Virus record (IMG/VR): IMGVR_UViG_3300032087_003293
Length of the DNA stretch: 64,000 bases
DNA from: an uncultured virus (IMG/VR IMGVR_UViG_3300032087_003293)
Lineage: Duplodnaviria; Heunggongvirae; Uroviricota; Caudoviricetes
Reading direction: 5' to 3' (one strand)
Below, in pieces: positions 1 through 8,532 of the stretch. The position numbers were made by a program, and so were the translations under genes. The notes under the pieces were generated by a model. The model was not told where the DNA came from, made no database searches, and was given only the letters and a program-made list of their open reading frames with translations. Every line of letters starts with the position of its first letter. Within the stretch, counting starts at the first letter, position 1.

Positions 1-212
1 TCACTATCGGGATACTCAGCAGCAATACTTGCGATACTTTCGACTTGATGGACTCCATCTTTACACTCTCGTAAGATCATGCACCCCATGGAATCCATTG
101 TGTAATATCCCTTAGTAATCTTATCTTCAGCTTGAACTGGATTCATCCCTAACAGGCAAGTACCAATTAGGATTGAGTTCAAGGCACTTTTCAAGTTTAT
201 AAACTTTTTCAC
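1..212 (-). CDS. Hypothetical secreted protein, N-terminal part (runs off the window)
   Basis: Not in ORF track. GTG at 212 follows AAGGAG; reads MKKFINLKSALNSILIGTCLLGMNPVQA-EDKITKGYYTMDSMGCMILRECKD, with a signal-peptide-like start. Confidence 0.6.
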   Translation of the reverse strand, partial: MKKFINLKSALNSILIGTCLLGMNPVQAEDKITKGYYTMDSMGCMILRECKDGVHQVESIASIAAEYPDS

Positions 213-411
213 GATGGGTCTCCTTTAAATAATTTTCAAAATAAAATTCAATGTTGTCAACGTTAGAATTGCCTTGACTTACCCAATCGTGACAAAATTC
301 ATACACTGCTCTGCAATGCTCTTCCAGATGATGACTAAGAGCACGAAATACTGCTGCTCTTAATTGCATTCTGTCATCAGCATATCTCCAATCCTTCGGG
401 AATTCAGACAT
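127..411 (-). CDS. Hypothetical protein
   Basis: 94 aa ORF on the coding strand, downstream of the pstS terminator. Confidence 0.6.
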   Translation of the reverse strand: MSEFPKDWRYADDRMQLRAAVFRALSHHLEEHCRAVYEFCHDWVSQGNSNVDNIEFYFENYLKETHREKVYKLEKCLELNPNWYLPVRDESSSS

Positions 412-420
412 GGGAATAAT

Positions 421-455
421 AAAAAAGGACTATACTATTTAGAATAGCATAGTCC
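421..455 (-). terminator. Intrinsic terminator after pstS
   Basis: GGACTATGCTATT-CTAA-AATAGTATAGTCC followed by TTTTTT. Confidence 0.75.
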
Positions 456-481
456 AATTATATGTCAAGTTTATGTTAATG

Positions 482-1462
482 TCAACGTAGAGTTTCTACA
501 GCAGCAAGTGCTTTCTGACGTAGACCCTCAGGAAGAGGGACATAACCTAGAGCATCAGACTTTGCCTGTTGCTCTGGTGCAAGCATGTAACGAAGAGTTG
601 CTTTAACATCTTCATTCTTTTCATACTCAGGATATGCAAGAATCCAAGTCAGGGAGACGATAGGATAAGCATTTGCACCTGCGGGGTTAGCGTCAGCACC
701 ACGCAACTGATCGTCAAGAACAATTTCACCAAGTCCTGCAGAAGCAGTTTCAGCAGATGCTTTGACGAAGTTTCCATCTTTGTTTTGAAGTGCAGGTTGT
801 TGAAGACCACCATTCTTCACATAATCATAGTTCACATAACCAATTGAACCAGGAGTTTGTTTCAACTGAGCAGCAACACCAGAGTTACCTTTGGCACCAA
901 TACCAACAGGCCATTTCACAGACTTACCAGTGCCAACCTTTTCTTTCCACTCAGGAGAGAATGCTGATAGAGAGTTGGTGAAACCTTTAGTAGTACCAGA
1001 ACCATCAGAACGATGGACGACTTTGATAGAACCACCTTCACAACCGAAAGCAGACCATTCAGTAATCTTGCCGAGGAAAATATCAGCAAGTTGAGTCTGA
1101 GTAATCTTAGCATCACAACCAGGGTTGTTATATGCAGGAACGATAGCACCACCAGTCATAGGAATGTGGACCATAGGCAGTTTCTGCTTGGCATCAGACA
1201 CAGCACCATCAGAGGCACCGAAGTCAACAGTCCGAGCAGTGAACTGACGGACACCAGCACCAGAACCAACTGCTTGATAGTTGACTTGATTGCCAGTTTC
1301 TTTAGCAAAAGATCCCAACCATGAATTATAAATTGCGGCAGGGAATGATGCACCTGCACCATTCAGTTTAAATGGTTCTTTAACCTCTGCAGTTTGATTA
1401 GAACCACAGGCAACCATCAGAGGAGTGGCAGCAGCAATTGCTGCGAGTGCTTTGAGTTTCAT
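482..1462 (-). CDS. pstS: Phosphate ABC transporter substrate-binding protein PstS
   Basis: Lipobox LMVAC; motifs GAGASFP, YQAVGSGAG, DFGASD, RSDGSGTT, YPIVSLTW. Confidence 0.97.
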   Translation of the reverse strand: MKLKALAAIAAATPLMVACGSNQTAEVKEPFKLNGAGASFPAAIYNSWLGSFAKETGNQVNYQAVGSGAGVRQFTARTVDFGASDGAVSDAKQKLPMVHIPMTGGAIVPAYNNPGCDAKITQTQLADIFLGKITEWSAFGCEGGSIKVVHRSDGSGTTKGFTNSLSAFSPEWKEKVGTGKSVKWPVGIGAKGNSGVAAQLKQTPGSIGYVNYDYVKNGGLQQPALQNKDGNFVKASAETASAGLGEIVLDDQLRGADANPAGANAYPIVSLTWILAYPEYEKNEDVKATLRYMLAPEQQAKSDALGYVPLPEGLRQKALAAVETLR

Positions 1463-1472
1463 TTATATAATA

Positions 1473-1832
1473 TCAGAACTTGTACTTGGTGCCAACTTCG
1501 ACTTTCCAGTCACGGGTAGAATCTTCGTTGAAGATGTTTTCCCACTTACCATAAGCAGAGAATTGATCAGTGATCTTAACTTTACTACCAACTTCAAGAG
1601 CAGTAAAGGTTTCTTGCCCACCACCATCGGGGTAAACAATACCAGCACCACCTTCAATGTAAGGAGTTAGAGAACCAACTTTACCTTCATATCCGATACG
1701 TCCCTGATGAACTTGCTTTGAAAAATCTGCGTCAGTTCCTTTAAATTCGTGCTTTGACTCAACGTAGGGTCCTGCAAGGGCAGGTGCCGCTACCATAGGT
1801 AATGCCAGTGCGGCAAGTGCGATTGCTTTCAT
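1473..1832 (-). CDS. Small outer-membrane beta-barrel-like protein (DUF680/PhCOG173-like), pstS-linked copy
   Basis: Start moved to MKAIALAALAL; signal peptide ending ALA-GPYVE; alternating beta pattern; C-terminal GTKYKF; paralogue of 2031-2396. Confidence 0.75.
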   Translation of the reverse strand: MKAIALAALALPMVAAPALAGPYVESKHEFKGTDADFSKQVHQGRIGYEGKVGSLTPYIEGGAGIVYPDGGGQETFTALEVGSKVKITDQFSAYGKWENIFNEDSTRDWKVEVGTKYKF

Positions 1833-1881
1833 TTGAAATTCCTTTGTAATGTTTTCGGGTTTGTCCGTTGAAGACCTGTTT

Positions 1882-1935
1882 ATTATAACACTCTCTTCAA
1901 ATTCCGTCGTTAAAATCAAGTTAAGTTGATTTAAC
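1882..1935 (-). promoter_or_regulatory. Pho-box-like direct repeats plus extended -10 promoter
   Basis: Minus strand GTTAAATCAAC-TTAACTTGATT-TTAACGA (TTAA at 10/11 nt spacing), then TGtTATAAT with no canonical -35. Confidence 0.7.
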
Positions 1936-1982
1936 AAAAGACAAACCTTGGTATATAGGACTGTTTAAACAAAATTTAACAT

Positions 1983-2010
1983 AAAAAAAAAGACCCTCGT
2001 CAGAGGGTCC
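1983..2010 (-). terminator. Intrinsic terminator
   Basis: GACCCTC-TGAC-GAGGGTC followed by a long T run. Confidence 0.85.
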
Positions 2011-2030
2011 TAATCTTACCTAAGTAAAGA

Positions 2031-2396
2031 TCAGAAGGTGAACTTCAGACCTGCCTTAGTGCCATAGTTGGTGTCAGAACCATCTTGGGTTAGGAAAGAA
2101 ACCTCACCGTATGCACTTAGACGTTCGGTTAGACCTGCAGAAAGACCTGCCTTGCCAGAGAATTCGGTGTCAGTGTCACCACCATCGGGGCTGACGATTG
2201 CTGGACCACCCTGGACATACCATGCAGCAGACTCACCTAGAGCACCTTCGTAACCTACGTGTAGATCAGTGATGGTTCCTGCATAATCAGAACCTACGAA
2301 ACCAGAGTTTGCCTCTACGTTAACGTAAGGACCTGCAAAAGCAGCACCAGCGGACATGGAGAGAGCAGCAGTTGCTGCGAATACAGATTTGATCAT
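2031..2396 (-). CDS. Small outer-membrane beta-barrel-like protein (DUF680/PhCOG173-like)
   Basis: Signal peptide AFA-GPYVNVE; C-terminal GLKFTF; GAGGT ribosome-binding site. Confidence 0.8.
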   Translation of the reverse strand: MIKSVFAATAALSMSAGAAFAGPYVNVEANSGFVGSDYAGTITDLHVGYEGALGESAAWYVQGGPAIVSPDGGDTDTEFSGKAGLSAGLTERLSAYGEVSFLTQDGSDTNYGTKAGLKFTF

Positions 2397-2547
2397 TTTA
2401 GATACCTCGTTTTTTACTTGCGGAATTTCACCCGCAGATGAAGGGGGATTCGACGTTCCCCGCGTTTACAGTATAACATAACCAGGCAGCGAGTAGTTGA
2501 GGCATTCGGGTTTGTTACAGTTCGTGAAGTTGTCCCTCACGAAACTT

Positions 2548-2581
2548 TATTTATAATATCAGGGATGTTCGGTTTTGTCAA
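2548..2581 (-). promoter_or_regulatory. Overlapping sigma70-type and T4 late promoter
   Basis: TTGACA-17 nt-TATTAT overlapping TATAAATA. Confidence 0.7.
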
Positions 2582-3009
2582 CCCCTGAACTGACCGTAAC
2601 CAGTACCTGATTGCCAACCCCCAGGACCCTCTTGAAAGTTTTCAGATCCACCTTGTGCAGAAATTTGAGTTTCTCCTACAGTTGTCCAATTCTTAGTGGC
2701 AACTTCATAAAGTTTTTGATGAATATCTGCAGGTTCATTACTTTTAGACTCATCAAGAATTTGTTGATCTGCAATTGCTTGTTCGTGTGCTTCCTTTACA
2801 GTCATCTGTTTTTCAGACAGGATGGGAGAGGGAAACCAAGGATCATCTTGAAGATACTCAGGAGGAGGATAACCAGTATAATTAGTTTCTACCTCTTTAC
2901 AATCAATAAGTTCTTGATCGATAGCATCCTCTTCTTCAAAAGCATTTGCTTTCTTTTGAAGAAGAGTTGTTTGGGTTTCGATTAGTTGTTTAATTGCTTT
3001 AATAATCAT
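2578..3009 (-). CDS. Hypothetical protein
   Basis: 143 aa ORF; ATGA overlap with the upstream gene. Confidence 0.7.
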   Translation of the reverse strand: MIIKAIKQLIETQTTLLQKKANAFEEEDAIDQELIDCKEVETNYTGYPPPEYLQDDPWFPSPILSEKQMTVKEAHEQAIADQQILDESKSNEPADIHQKLYEVATKNWTTVGETQISAQGGSENFQEGPGGWQSGTGYGQFRG

Positions 3010-3608
3010 GAGAATACGAATTTCTTAGTGTAGTCATAGGCATAAATCTCACGATTTCCTTTAATACCCCAACCCAACCAATAATAGGCAGGAACCATGT
3101 ATTGTCGGACAGTGCGTCCAGATCCTTCAAACTCTGGAAGATAACGTTGGAAAATATTCTCATTAATCATATAACGAGTCTGACCTTCAAGACTACTAGG
3201 ATCACAGTCATACTTTTTACAGAAAGATCCTAACCCCAAATAACGACCCGTAGAGGTCCACTGAATGAGTCCGTAACCACCGCTATGGCAACTATCATAA
3301 GGAACTCTAGCACCTCCCTCGCAGATGTTGGGATGGAACATACTTTCCTGTTTAATATTTCCCAAAATTGTTGCAAGTGCATTACGATCGGTGATTTGGG
3401 TGTTTTCTTGAAGTTGCTTTAAAACGTACTTTTCATTGTCACTACATGTTGGACAAGTCCATTGCTTCTCAACAACTTCTAATTGAACTGCATTCTCCTG
3501 ATTAACGGAAACATCAACTTGAGGTGGTGCAGATGGTTTACCGTATAAAGCAAATGCTGCGGTTGCAGCCGCAGCAATACTTAAAGTAGAAACAAACATA
3601 ACCTTCAT
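3006..3608 (-). CDS. Phage tail-tip lysozyme family protein with signal peptide
   Basis: ILGNIKQES and GYGLIQWT motifs; hydrophobic N-terminus. Confidence 0.75.
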   Translation of the reverse strand: MKVMFVSTLSIAAAATAAFALYGKPSAPPQVDVSVNQENAVQLEVVEKQWTCPTCSDNEKYVLKQLQENTQITDRNALATILGNIKQESMFHPNICEGGARVPYDSCHSGGYGLIQWTSTGRYLGLGSFCKKYDCDPSSLEGQTRYMINENIFQRYLPEFEGSGRTVRQYMVPAYYWLGWGIKGNREIYAYDYTKKFVFS

Positions 3609-3647
3609 ATAACTACCACCTCAACCTATCACATATACTATCGATTG

Positions 3648-4310
3648 TCAAGCGTGTCTCTTGAGGAAAAGTTCACGTTCAAACTTTTCCAATACACTAA
3701 TAGCATCCTCATCTTCTTCTGTCTTAAGATCTTCTCTACGAGAAACTTCTTTTAGATAGTTAAGTACTTTCTCTGGTTTTGACATCTCATATGGATCTTC
3801 CTTACAATTATCAACCTGACCTTCTTCACTGAACATAACTTCAATGACATCAGAATCGACTACTGCAGCATATCTCCAAGATCTAACACCAAAACCAAGA
3901 TTAGATTTAAAGACACTCTTACCAAGTTGTCTTGTAAAGAATCCATTTCCATCAGGAATGAACTTTACCTTTTCTACACCTAGACTTTCTCTCCATGCAT
4001 TCATTACAAATGCATCATTAACACTAATACAATATACTTCGTCAACACCAGCAGCAATTAAATCGTCATATGCTGCCTCAAAGTCAGGAACTTGACTTGT
4101 AGTGCAAGTAGGAGTAAAGGCACCAGGAAGTCCGAATAAAACGACTCTCTTGTCAAAGAAAAGATCTCTTGTAGTTTTTTCTACAAACTCACCATTCTCA
4201 CGCATAATAAATCGTGCCAACGGCAAACCAGACATATACTCAATTGGTGAATGTCTCTCTGCCATTGCCTTCATTCTATTTTGGATTTCAACATCTCTAC
4301 TAACTGACAT
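3648..4310 (-). CDS. Peroxiredoxin (Prx5/type II)
   Basis: LPGAFTPTC active site, SVNDAFVMNAW, DGNG, GVRSWRYA. Confidence 0.93.
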   Translation of the reverse strand: MSVSRDVEIQNRMKAMAERHSPIEYMSGLPLARFIMRENGEFVEKTTRDLFFDKRVVLFGLPGAFTPTCTTSQVPDFEAAYDDLIAAGVDEVYCISVNDAFVMNAWRESLGVEKVKFIPDGNGFFTRQLGKSVFKSNLGFGVRSWRYAAVVDSDVIEVMFSEEGQVDNCKEDPYEMSKPEKVLNYLKEVSRREDLKTEEDEDAISVLEKFERELFLKRHA

Positions 4311-4348
4311 AACTCTATTCTCTATGACAATAAGTTTATTATTTTTAT

Positions 4349-4474
4349 TTATACTGGATTATGGACAGGAACCATCATGCCCCCGTCCATATCATCGTCA
4401 TCATCAACATCTCCATCTTTAAGTGCTGTTCCAATTATAAATGCACCTAAAAGACAAGTTGCTAATAATAACAT
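4349..4474 (-). CDS. Small membrane protein
   Basis: MLLLATCLLGAFIIGTAL then DDDDDMDGGMMVP; TGATG coupling to the upstream hli. Confidence 0.6.
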   Translation of the reverse strand: MLLLATCLLGAFIIGTALKDGDVDDDDDMDGGMMVPVHNPV

Positions 4475-4581
4475 CACCATACTCCAGGAATAATTTGTCC
4501 TGTTACAGCATATGATCCCATTGCAGCAATGACACCAATCATAGCTGCCCATCCATTAATACGTTCTGCTCTTTCGTTCAT
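4474..4581 (-). CDS. hli: High-light-inducible protein, 35 aa (absent from ORF track)
   Basis: Hand translation MNERAERINGWAAMIGVIAAMGSYAVTGQIIPGVW; AExxNG..AMIG and TGQIIPG motifs. Confidence 0.93.
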   Translation of the reverse strand: MNERAERINGWAAMIGVIAAMGSYAVTGQIIPGVW

Positions 4582-4727
4582 TGTTTTTGCTCCATTGTTT
4601 TATTGTAAATAATGACTCTACCATTTTCGTGACTGAACACTAGTTCGTCATCGTGCCCCCAGCAGAGTTCTTCATATAGGGCATTTAGTTTCTCCATGTC
4701 TTCATAGAGTTGATTTGGATTAGGCAT
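4578..4727 (-). CDS. Hypothetical protein
   Basis: MPNPNQLYEDMEKLNALYEELCW...; coupled to both neighbours. Confidence 0.6.
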   Translation of the reverse strand: MPNPNQLYEDMEKLNALYEELCWGHDDELVFSHENGRVIIYNKTMEQKQ

Positions 4728-5010
4728 ATTGATCAAATAACTTTCTAATGTTCTGAGTGATTTGCATTCCTCCAACCTTTTCATCAAGTTTGATACCATC
4801 AGCATCAGTAACAATAAGAACTGGAGTAGCAGTCACACCATACTTCTTGGCAAGATCAAGATTTTCCTGAGGAATAGGTGTATCACTTACGTCCTCAAGA
4901 TCAATTTTTTTAATAATATCAGTACGTTGATCTCCAAGAGTTTTGAAATACTTTTCAACCAACATACATGGTCCACAAGAGTCTTTTGAAAATAGAAGAA
5001 ACTTATTCAT
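4720..5010 (-). CDS. Thioredoxin/glutaredoxin-like protein
   Basis: CGPC motif; YGVTATPVL cis-proline loop. Confidence 0.85.
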   Translation of the reverse strand: MNKFLLFSKDSCGPCMLVEKYFKTLGDQRTDIIKKIDLEDVSDTPIPQENLDLAKKYGVTATPVLIVTDADGIKLDEKVGGMQITQNIRKLFDQYA

Positions 5011-5225
5011 GAGAGTTCAAGAAAAAATTTAGTGTTGTCCCCACGGGTGTTTTCATAGATAGAACTATCACCATAGGTTTTATGATCTTTGTATCCTACC
5101 ATACGACCCTTCGTATTTTGAAGGGCAGGCATAAAAGCAATAAGAAAGAATACTGCAGGTGCTCCAATCAAAAGAGCACCACCAATAACATAATAAGTCA
5201 GAAGTTCAATCAAAGAAGTTTCCAT
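5007..5225 (-). CDS. Small membrane protein
   Basis: 72 aa, one hydrophobic segment, coupled starts and stops. Confidence 0.65.
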   Translation of the reverse strand: METSLIELLTYYVIGGALLIGAPAVFFLIAFMPALQNTKGRMVGYKDHKTYGDSSIYENTRGDNTKFFLELS

Positions 5226-5311
5226 TAATAAGTCTCAGATAGTTGTTCAACAGAATATGCAAGAAGACAGAAAAAAGTTACCGTCGTTAGAGTAAAAATT
5301 ACTTCAGTCAT
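5225..5311 (-). CDS. 28-aa hydrophobic peptide (absent from ORF track)
   Basis: MTEVIFTLTTVTFFCLLAYSVEQLSETY exactly fills the gap, with TGATG and TAATG overlaps. Confidence 0.55.
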   Translation of the reverse strand: MTEVIFTLTTVTFFCLLAYSVEQLSETY

Positions 5312-5529
5312 CAGAATCCAAATAATCCGAAGAAGAAGACACTACCAGTTGTAGCATAGGAAATGACTGCAGCGGCAAATCCAAGCATAGCAGTACGACC
5401 ATTTAGTTTCTCTGCTTTCTCTGCATGAGTTTCAATACCATAACGATCAAGATCTTCCTTGGTCATGTACATTGAAGGTTCTTTGGCAAACATATTCATT
5501 TGCCCAAATTCATTTTTAGTTACAGTCAT
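5311..5529 (-). CDS. hli: High-light-inducible protein
   Basis: AEKLNGRTAMLGF motif; N-terminal NMFAKEP. Confidence 0.92.
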   Translation of the reverse strand: MTVTKNEFGQMNMFAKEPSMYMTKEDLDRYGIETHAEKAEKLNGRTAMLGFAAAVISYATTGSVFFFGLFGF

Positions 5530-5555
5530 TTCCCTTTGTAAAGATTTACAACATA

Positions 5556-5584
5556 ATTATATAGGAAATGTAAAGTTCTGTCAA
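5556..5584 (-). promoter_or_regulatory. Consensus sigma70 promoter upstream of hli
   Basis: TTGACA-17 nt-TATAAT. Confidence 0.85.
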
Positions 5585-6375
5585 GACTTTTGTTGTGAGG
5601 GTTCCGTGACTCGACCCAGGTATGGATCATAGTTCACGATGTCCGCAAGACTCATCTTAGACCCAGAAGTCTCCCAATAATTCCATTGAGACTGATAGTT
5701 CTGCTTATGGAATACATCCACATGTTCTGGATGAATAGAAGAACCTAACTCAGTCCTGTATAGAAGCAAAGGAATTGCATATGTATTCCCTGCATTATAC
5801 AGAAGATCGTCCGCAACTGGACGTGGTTTCACACCATTATCAAGTTTATATTTGTCGGGACCCTTGACGTGGAAATGCATGAGTTTCTCAGCATACCGAC
5901 GATTCATAATATAACATGCTGTCGAGAAATCATTAACAAAACGTTTGTGAAGTCTGACATGAATATCACCAGTACAGATAATAGAAATCTGTACACAATC
6001 CCAGTCATAAGGAAGACGAGAATAAAAGTCTCTCCAAGTAAATGGCCAAAACCTTACAAGATCAAGACTACAATCGTCTTCCATGAAGACTGCATAAGGT
6101 GAATCAGAAGTGTCCAACCAATGCCTGATTGCTTTCAGATGTGATGTAACACATCCAATCTCACCAGGAGTCATCCTCTCAGGATAACGACCCTTTAAAA
6201 TGTCACTGAGATCATCTTGTCTACCATCGTATGCAGAGATTCTTTCATAGTTTTCAATCTCCCAATACTTAAATTGGTCCTCCATAAACTCACGTCTCTC
6301 TGGTTGACCATCGAGATTGAGATAATAGATAGGACCAAAACCTTGAAGTTTGAATGTTGATTTATTTTTATCCAT
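5581..6375 (-). CDS. Glycosyltransferase family 25
   Basis: YYLNLD..ERR, ERISAYDG, GEIGCVTSH, FMEDD, STACYIM. Confidence 0.85.
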   Translation of the reverse strand: MDKNKSTFKLQGFGPIYYLNLDGQPERREFMEDQFKYWEIENYERISAYDGRQDDLSDILKGRYPERMTPGEIGCVTSHLKAIRHWLDTSDSPYAVFMEDDCSLDLVRFWPFTWRDFYSRLPYDWDCVQISIICTGDIHVRLHKRFVNDFSTACYIMNRRYAEKLMHFHVKGPDKYKLDNGVKPRPVADDLLYNAGNTYAIPLLLYRTELGSSIHPEHVDVFHKQNYQSQWNYWETSGSKMSLADIVNYDPYLGRVTEPSQQKS

Positions 6376-7159
6376 TAATCTTGCGTAATAACAGAGCCGT
6401 TTTCAAAAATGAACTGGGTGAGTTTACCATAATATTTGTTTTAGAAAGAATTGTCAAGTCAATGAGAGCATCCATAACACTTTCAGAAGTTCTTTCTACG
6501 TTTCCACACCAACCAGCATCTTTATTTTCTTTTTCAACGTAATGTTCTTTCATACGAACAACTACGTTCTTGAGTTTATTAAATTTCTTTTCAATATTCG
6601 GATCATCAGATAAAACAAAGAATGATTCTTCTGGTTGTCCTTCAACCCACTTATATTCTCTATCAAACTTAGGAATAAAAGTATTGAAATCTGTTGCTCT
6701 CAAATGAATACCAATAGTAAATGGTGTTATAGAATGTTTCTTACAGTATTGATCGCAAAAGTTTTTGATCTTATCTACAAACTTCAACTGTCTACCTGCT
6801 TCAATAACAAGATTCTCATTCAACCATTCAGGGATCCAATTATTATTGTAAACATATGAACCACAATTAGACACTGGAAGATCATCAATAGAACCAAAGG
6901 AGTTAATATTATAATTTTTAACTCCTTGGATAAAATCTTCATGCATAAGAAGCACACTACTAGAAAAATCCTGTAGTGGTTTATCAACCACATCTATGTC
7001 AGACGTGAAGATTTCATGAAATGGCAAACGACATGCAGAAGTATCTCTCCAGATAACAACTGGACGCATTTCATGGTAATTTGCTACAGCAAGTCCGCCG
7101 AGCAAAGTTCCATAACGATTGCCAAAACCACCGTCACAATAGATGTTTAAAGTTCTCAT
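6368..7159 (-). CDS. Fucosyltransferase-like glycosyltransferase (GT11/GT23/POFUT-like)
   Basis: GGFGNR, GIHLRATD, FVLSDD, ALIDLTILS...SSF motifs. Confidence 0.7.
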   Translation of the reverse strand: MRTLNIYCDGGFGNRYGTLLGGLAVANYHEMRPVVIWRDTSACRLPFHEIFTSDIDVVDKPLQDFSSSVLLMHEDFIQGVKNYNINSFGSIDDLPVSNCGSYVYNNNWIPEWLNENLVIEAGRQLKFVDKIKNFCDQYCKKHSITPFTIGIHLRATDFNTFIPKFDREYKWVEGQPEESFFVLSDDPNIEKKFNKLKNVVVRMKEHYVEKENKDAGWCGNVERTSESVMDALIDLTILSKTNIMVNSPSSFLKTALLLRKING

Positions 7160-7743
7160 ACAACCACCACTAATCGATCGTCAGACTTTTTATTTAAGTC
7201 ACACTCAACAATATGCACTTCCCTATCAGGATAAAGTTCTAAAATAAACTCCCGAAGTTCTTTAGCAGTTTCTGCAGTCTGAACATCTTCGCAAATATAA
7301 ACTCCACCATCATTTAGATATGGAAAGTAATTTTCAAAGTTTTTCATCTGCTGAGTCAACTTATGATTTGCATCATCAAGAATAATGTCAAATTTTAGAT
7401 CACCAAAGTGTTCCTGAATATGATTTAGATTTTCACAATCAAAGTTGAATAGTGTAATCCGTTCATGACTATTAACATCCTCCATAACAGCATCACCATC
7501 TACTGGTTCATATTGATAGTGCCACTGCCCATCCTGTTGAGAAAAATCTTCAACACCATATATGTTGGAGTTCTCAAAGTAGTGTTCCCACATCTTGAGT
7601 GATCCGCCAAAAAGAACACCAATTTCAAGAACGTTTAATTTTTCTGTTCTACGGCCAGAAAAAGTCTGCTCATAGTAGGGAATATAATCATGAGCAGTTC
7701 CCTTATCAGTCTTAAATTGTGTATGAATATCAGTTAGTTTCAT
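7156..7743 (-). CDS. Class I SAM-dependent methyltransferase
   Basis: TDKGTAHDY, VLEIGVLFGGS, DIILDDANH, GGVYICEDV. Confidence 0.85.
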   Translation of the reverse strand: MKLTDIHTQFKTDKGTAHDYIPYYEQTFSGRRTEKLNVLEIGVLFGGSLKMWEHYFENSNIYGVEDFSQQDGQWHYQYEPVDGDAVMEDVNSHERITLFNFDCENLNHIQEHFGDLKFDIILDDANHKLTQQMKNFENYFPYLNDGGVYICEDVQTAETAKELREFILELYPDREVHIVECDLNKKSDDRLVVVV

Positions 7744-8530
7744 ATTCAGATCTCCATTGGTCATACATTTCTTCGTTCAGGTATTTGTCAACTTCAAGAT
7801 CATTATTAGTTCTATTGTTGACTGACATAACTCTACTCTCAAAGTTTACCACAGGATTGTCCTTTGTGGAACCATTGCTCTTAAAGTGAATAGAAATAGT
7901 GTTAGAAGTCAACTCTTGATCCGCACAAACTTCCAATTCTTTTAGATAACCAACTTTAAGTAGATTGTTATTCTGCAAGGTCATATTTAGTGCAGGAGTT
8001 TCGTGAGGGAATGGAGTTCCATTTTTAGCAAACTCTTCCATCTGCTTAATCCAATTAAGAACAAAAGACCTACCAAGATCACAATTATTGATAACTAAGA
8101 AACTTGCAATCTCACTGATAAAGATTCCATCAGCACGGGTATGACCACCAGTATTCATTGTAGTCACTTGCATATCAAACTCATTATCAATGACCTGTGC
8201 TAGATCTTCTAAGACGCATACATCACTATCAATCATGATGAGTGGATCTTCAAAGTCCATCATAGTCAGGAGTTTGCTCAGAACTCTGGTCTTCTGTTGA
8301 GTTGCTTTTACCCAACCTTCAGAATGGACACCAGAGTATTCATCAATAACATCTGTGTCCATGATAGACACATTATCTTTACCCTGAAGATACTTACGAT
8401 ATTCACCGAGACCACAATCTGCAATATAAATTCGTTTGAGATTTGGGCAATTCTCGGTTAAAGAATTTACAAGTACATCAACAAAAGGAAAGTACGACTT
8501 GTTAGCCGTAGTAAACACATTGTAATTCAT
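7730..8530 (-). CDS. Nucleotide-diphospho-sugar transferase (GT-A fold)
   Basis: TTANKSYF, IADCGL, DxD motif in MIDSDV; cluster context. Confidence 0.65.
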   Translation of the reverse strand: MNYNVFTTANKSYFPFVDVLVNSLTENCPNLKRIYIADCGLGEYRKYLQGKDNVSIMDTDVIDEYSGVHSEGWVKATQQKTRVLSKLLTMMDFEDPLIMIDSDVCVLEDLAQVIDNEFDMQVTTMNTGGHTRADGIFISEIASFLVINNCDLGRSFVLNWIKQMEEFAKNGTPFPHETPALNMTLQNNNLLKVGYLKELEVCADQELTSNTISIHFKSNGSTKDNPVVNFESRVMSVNNRTNNDLEVDKYLNEEMYDQWRSEYETN

Positions 8531-8532
8531 AA

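Noticed and set aside
1833..1937. N-terminal extension of ORF 1473-1937
   Set aside because: It spans the pho-box/promoter region; the signal peptide and the paralogue alignment begin at 1832
5535..5553. NtcA site upstream of hli
   Set aside because: Spacing is GTA-N6-TAC, not GTA-N8-TAC; kept only as an unassigned palindrome
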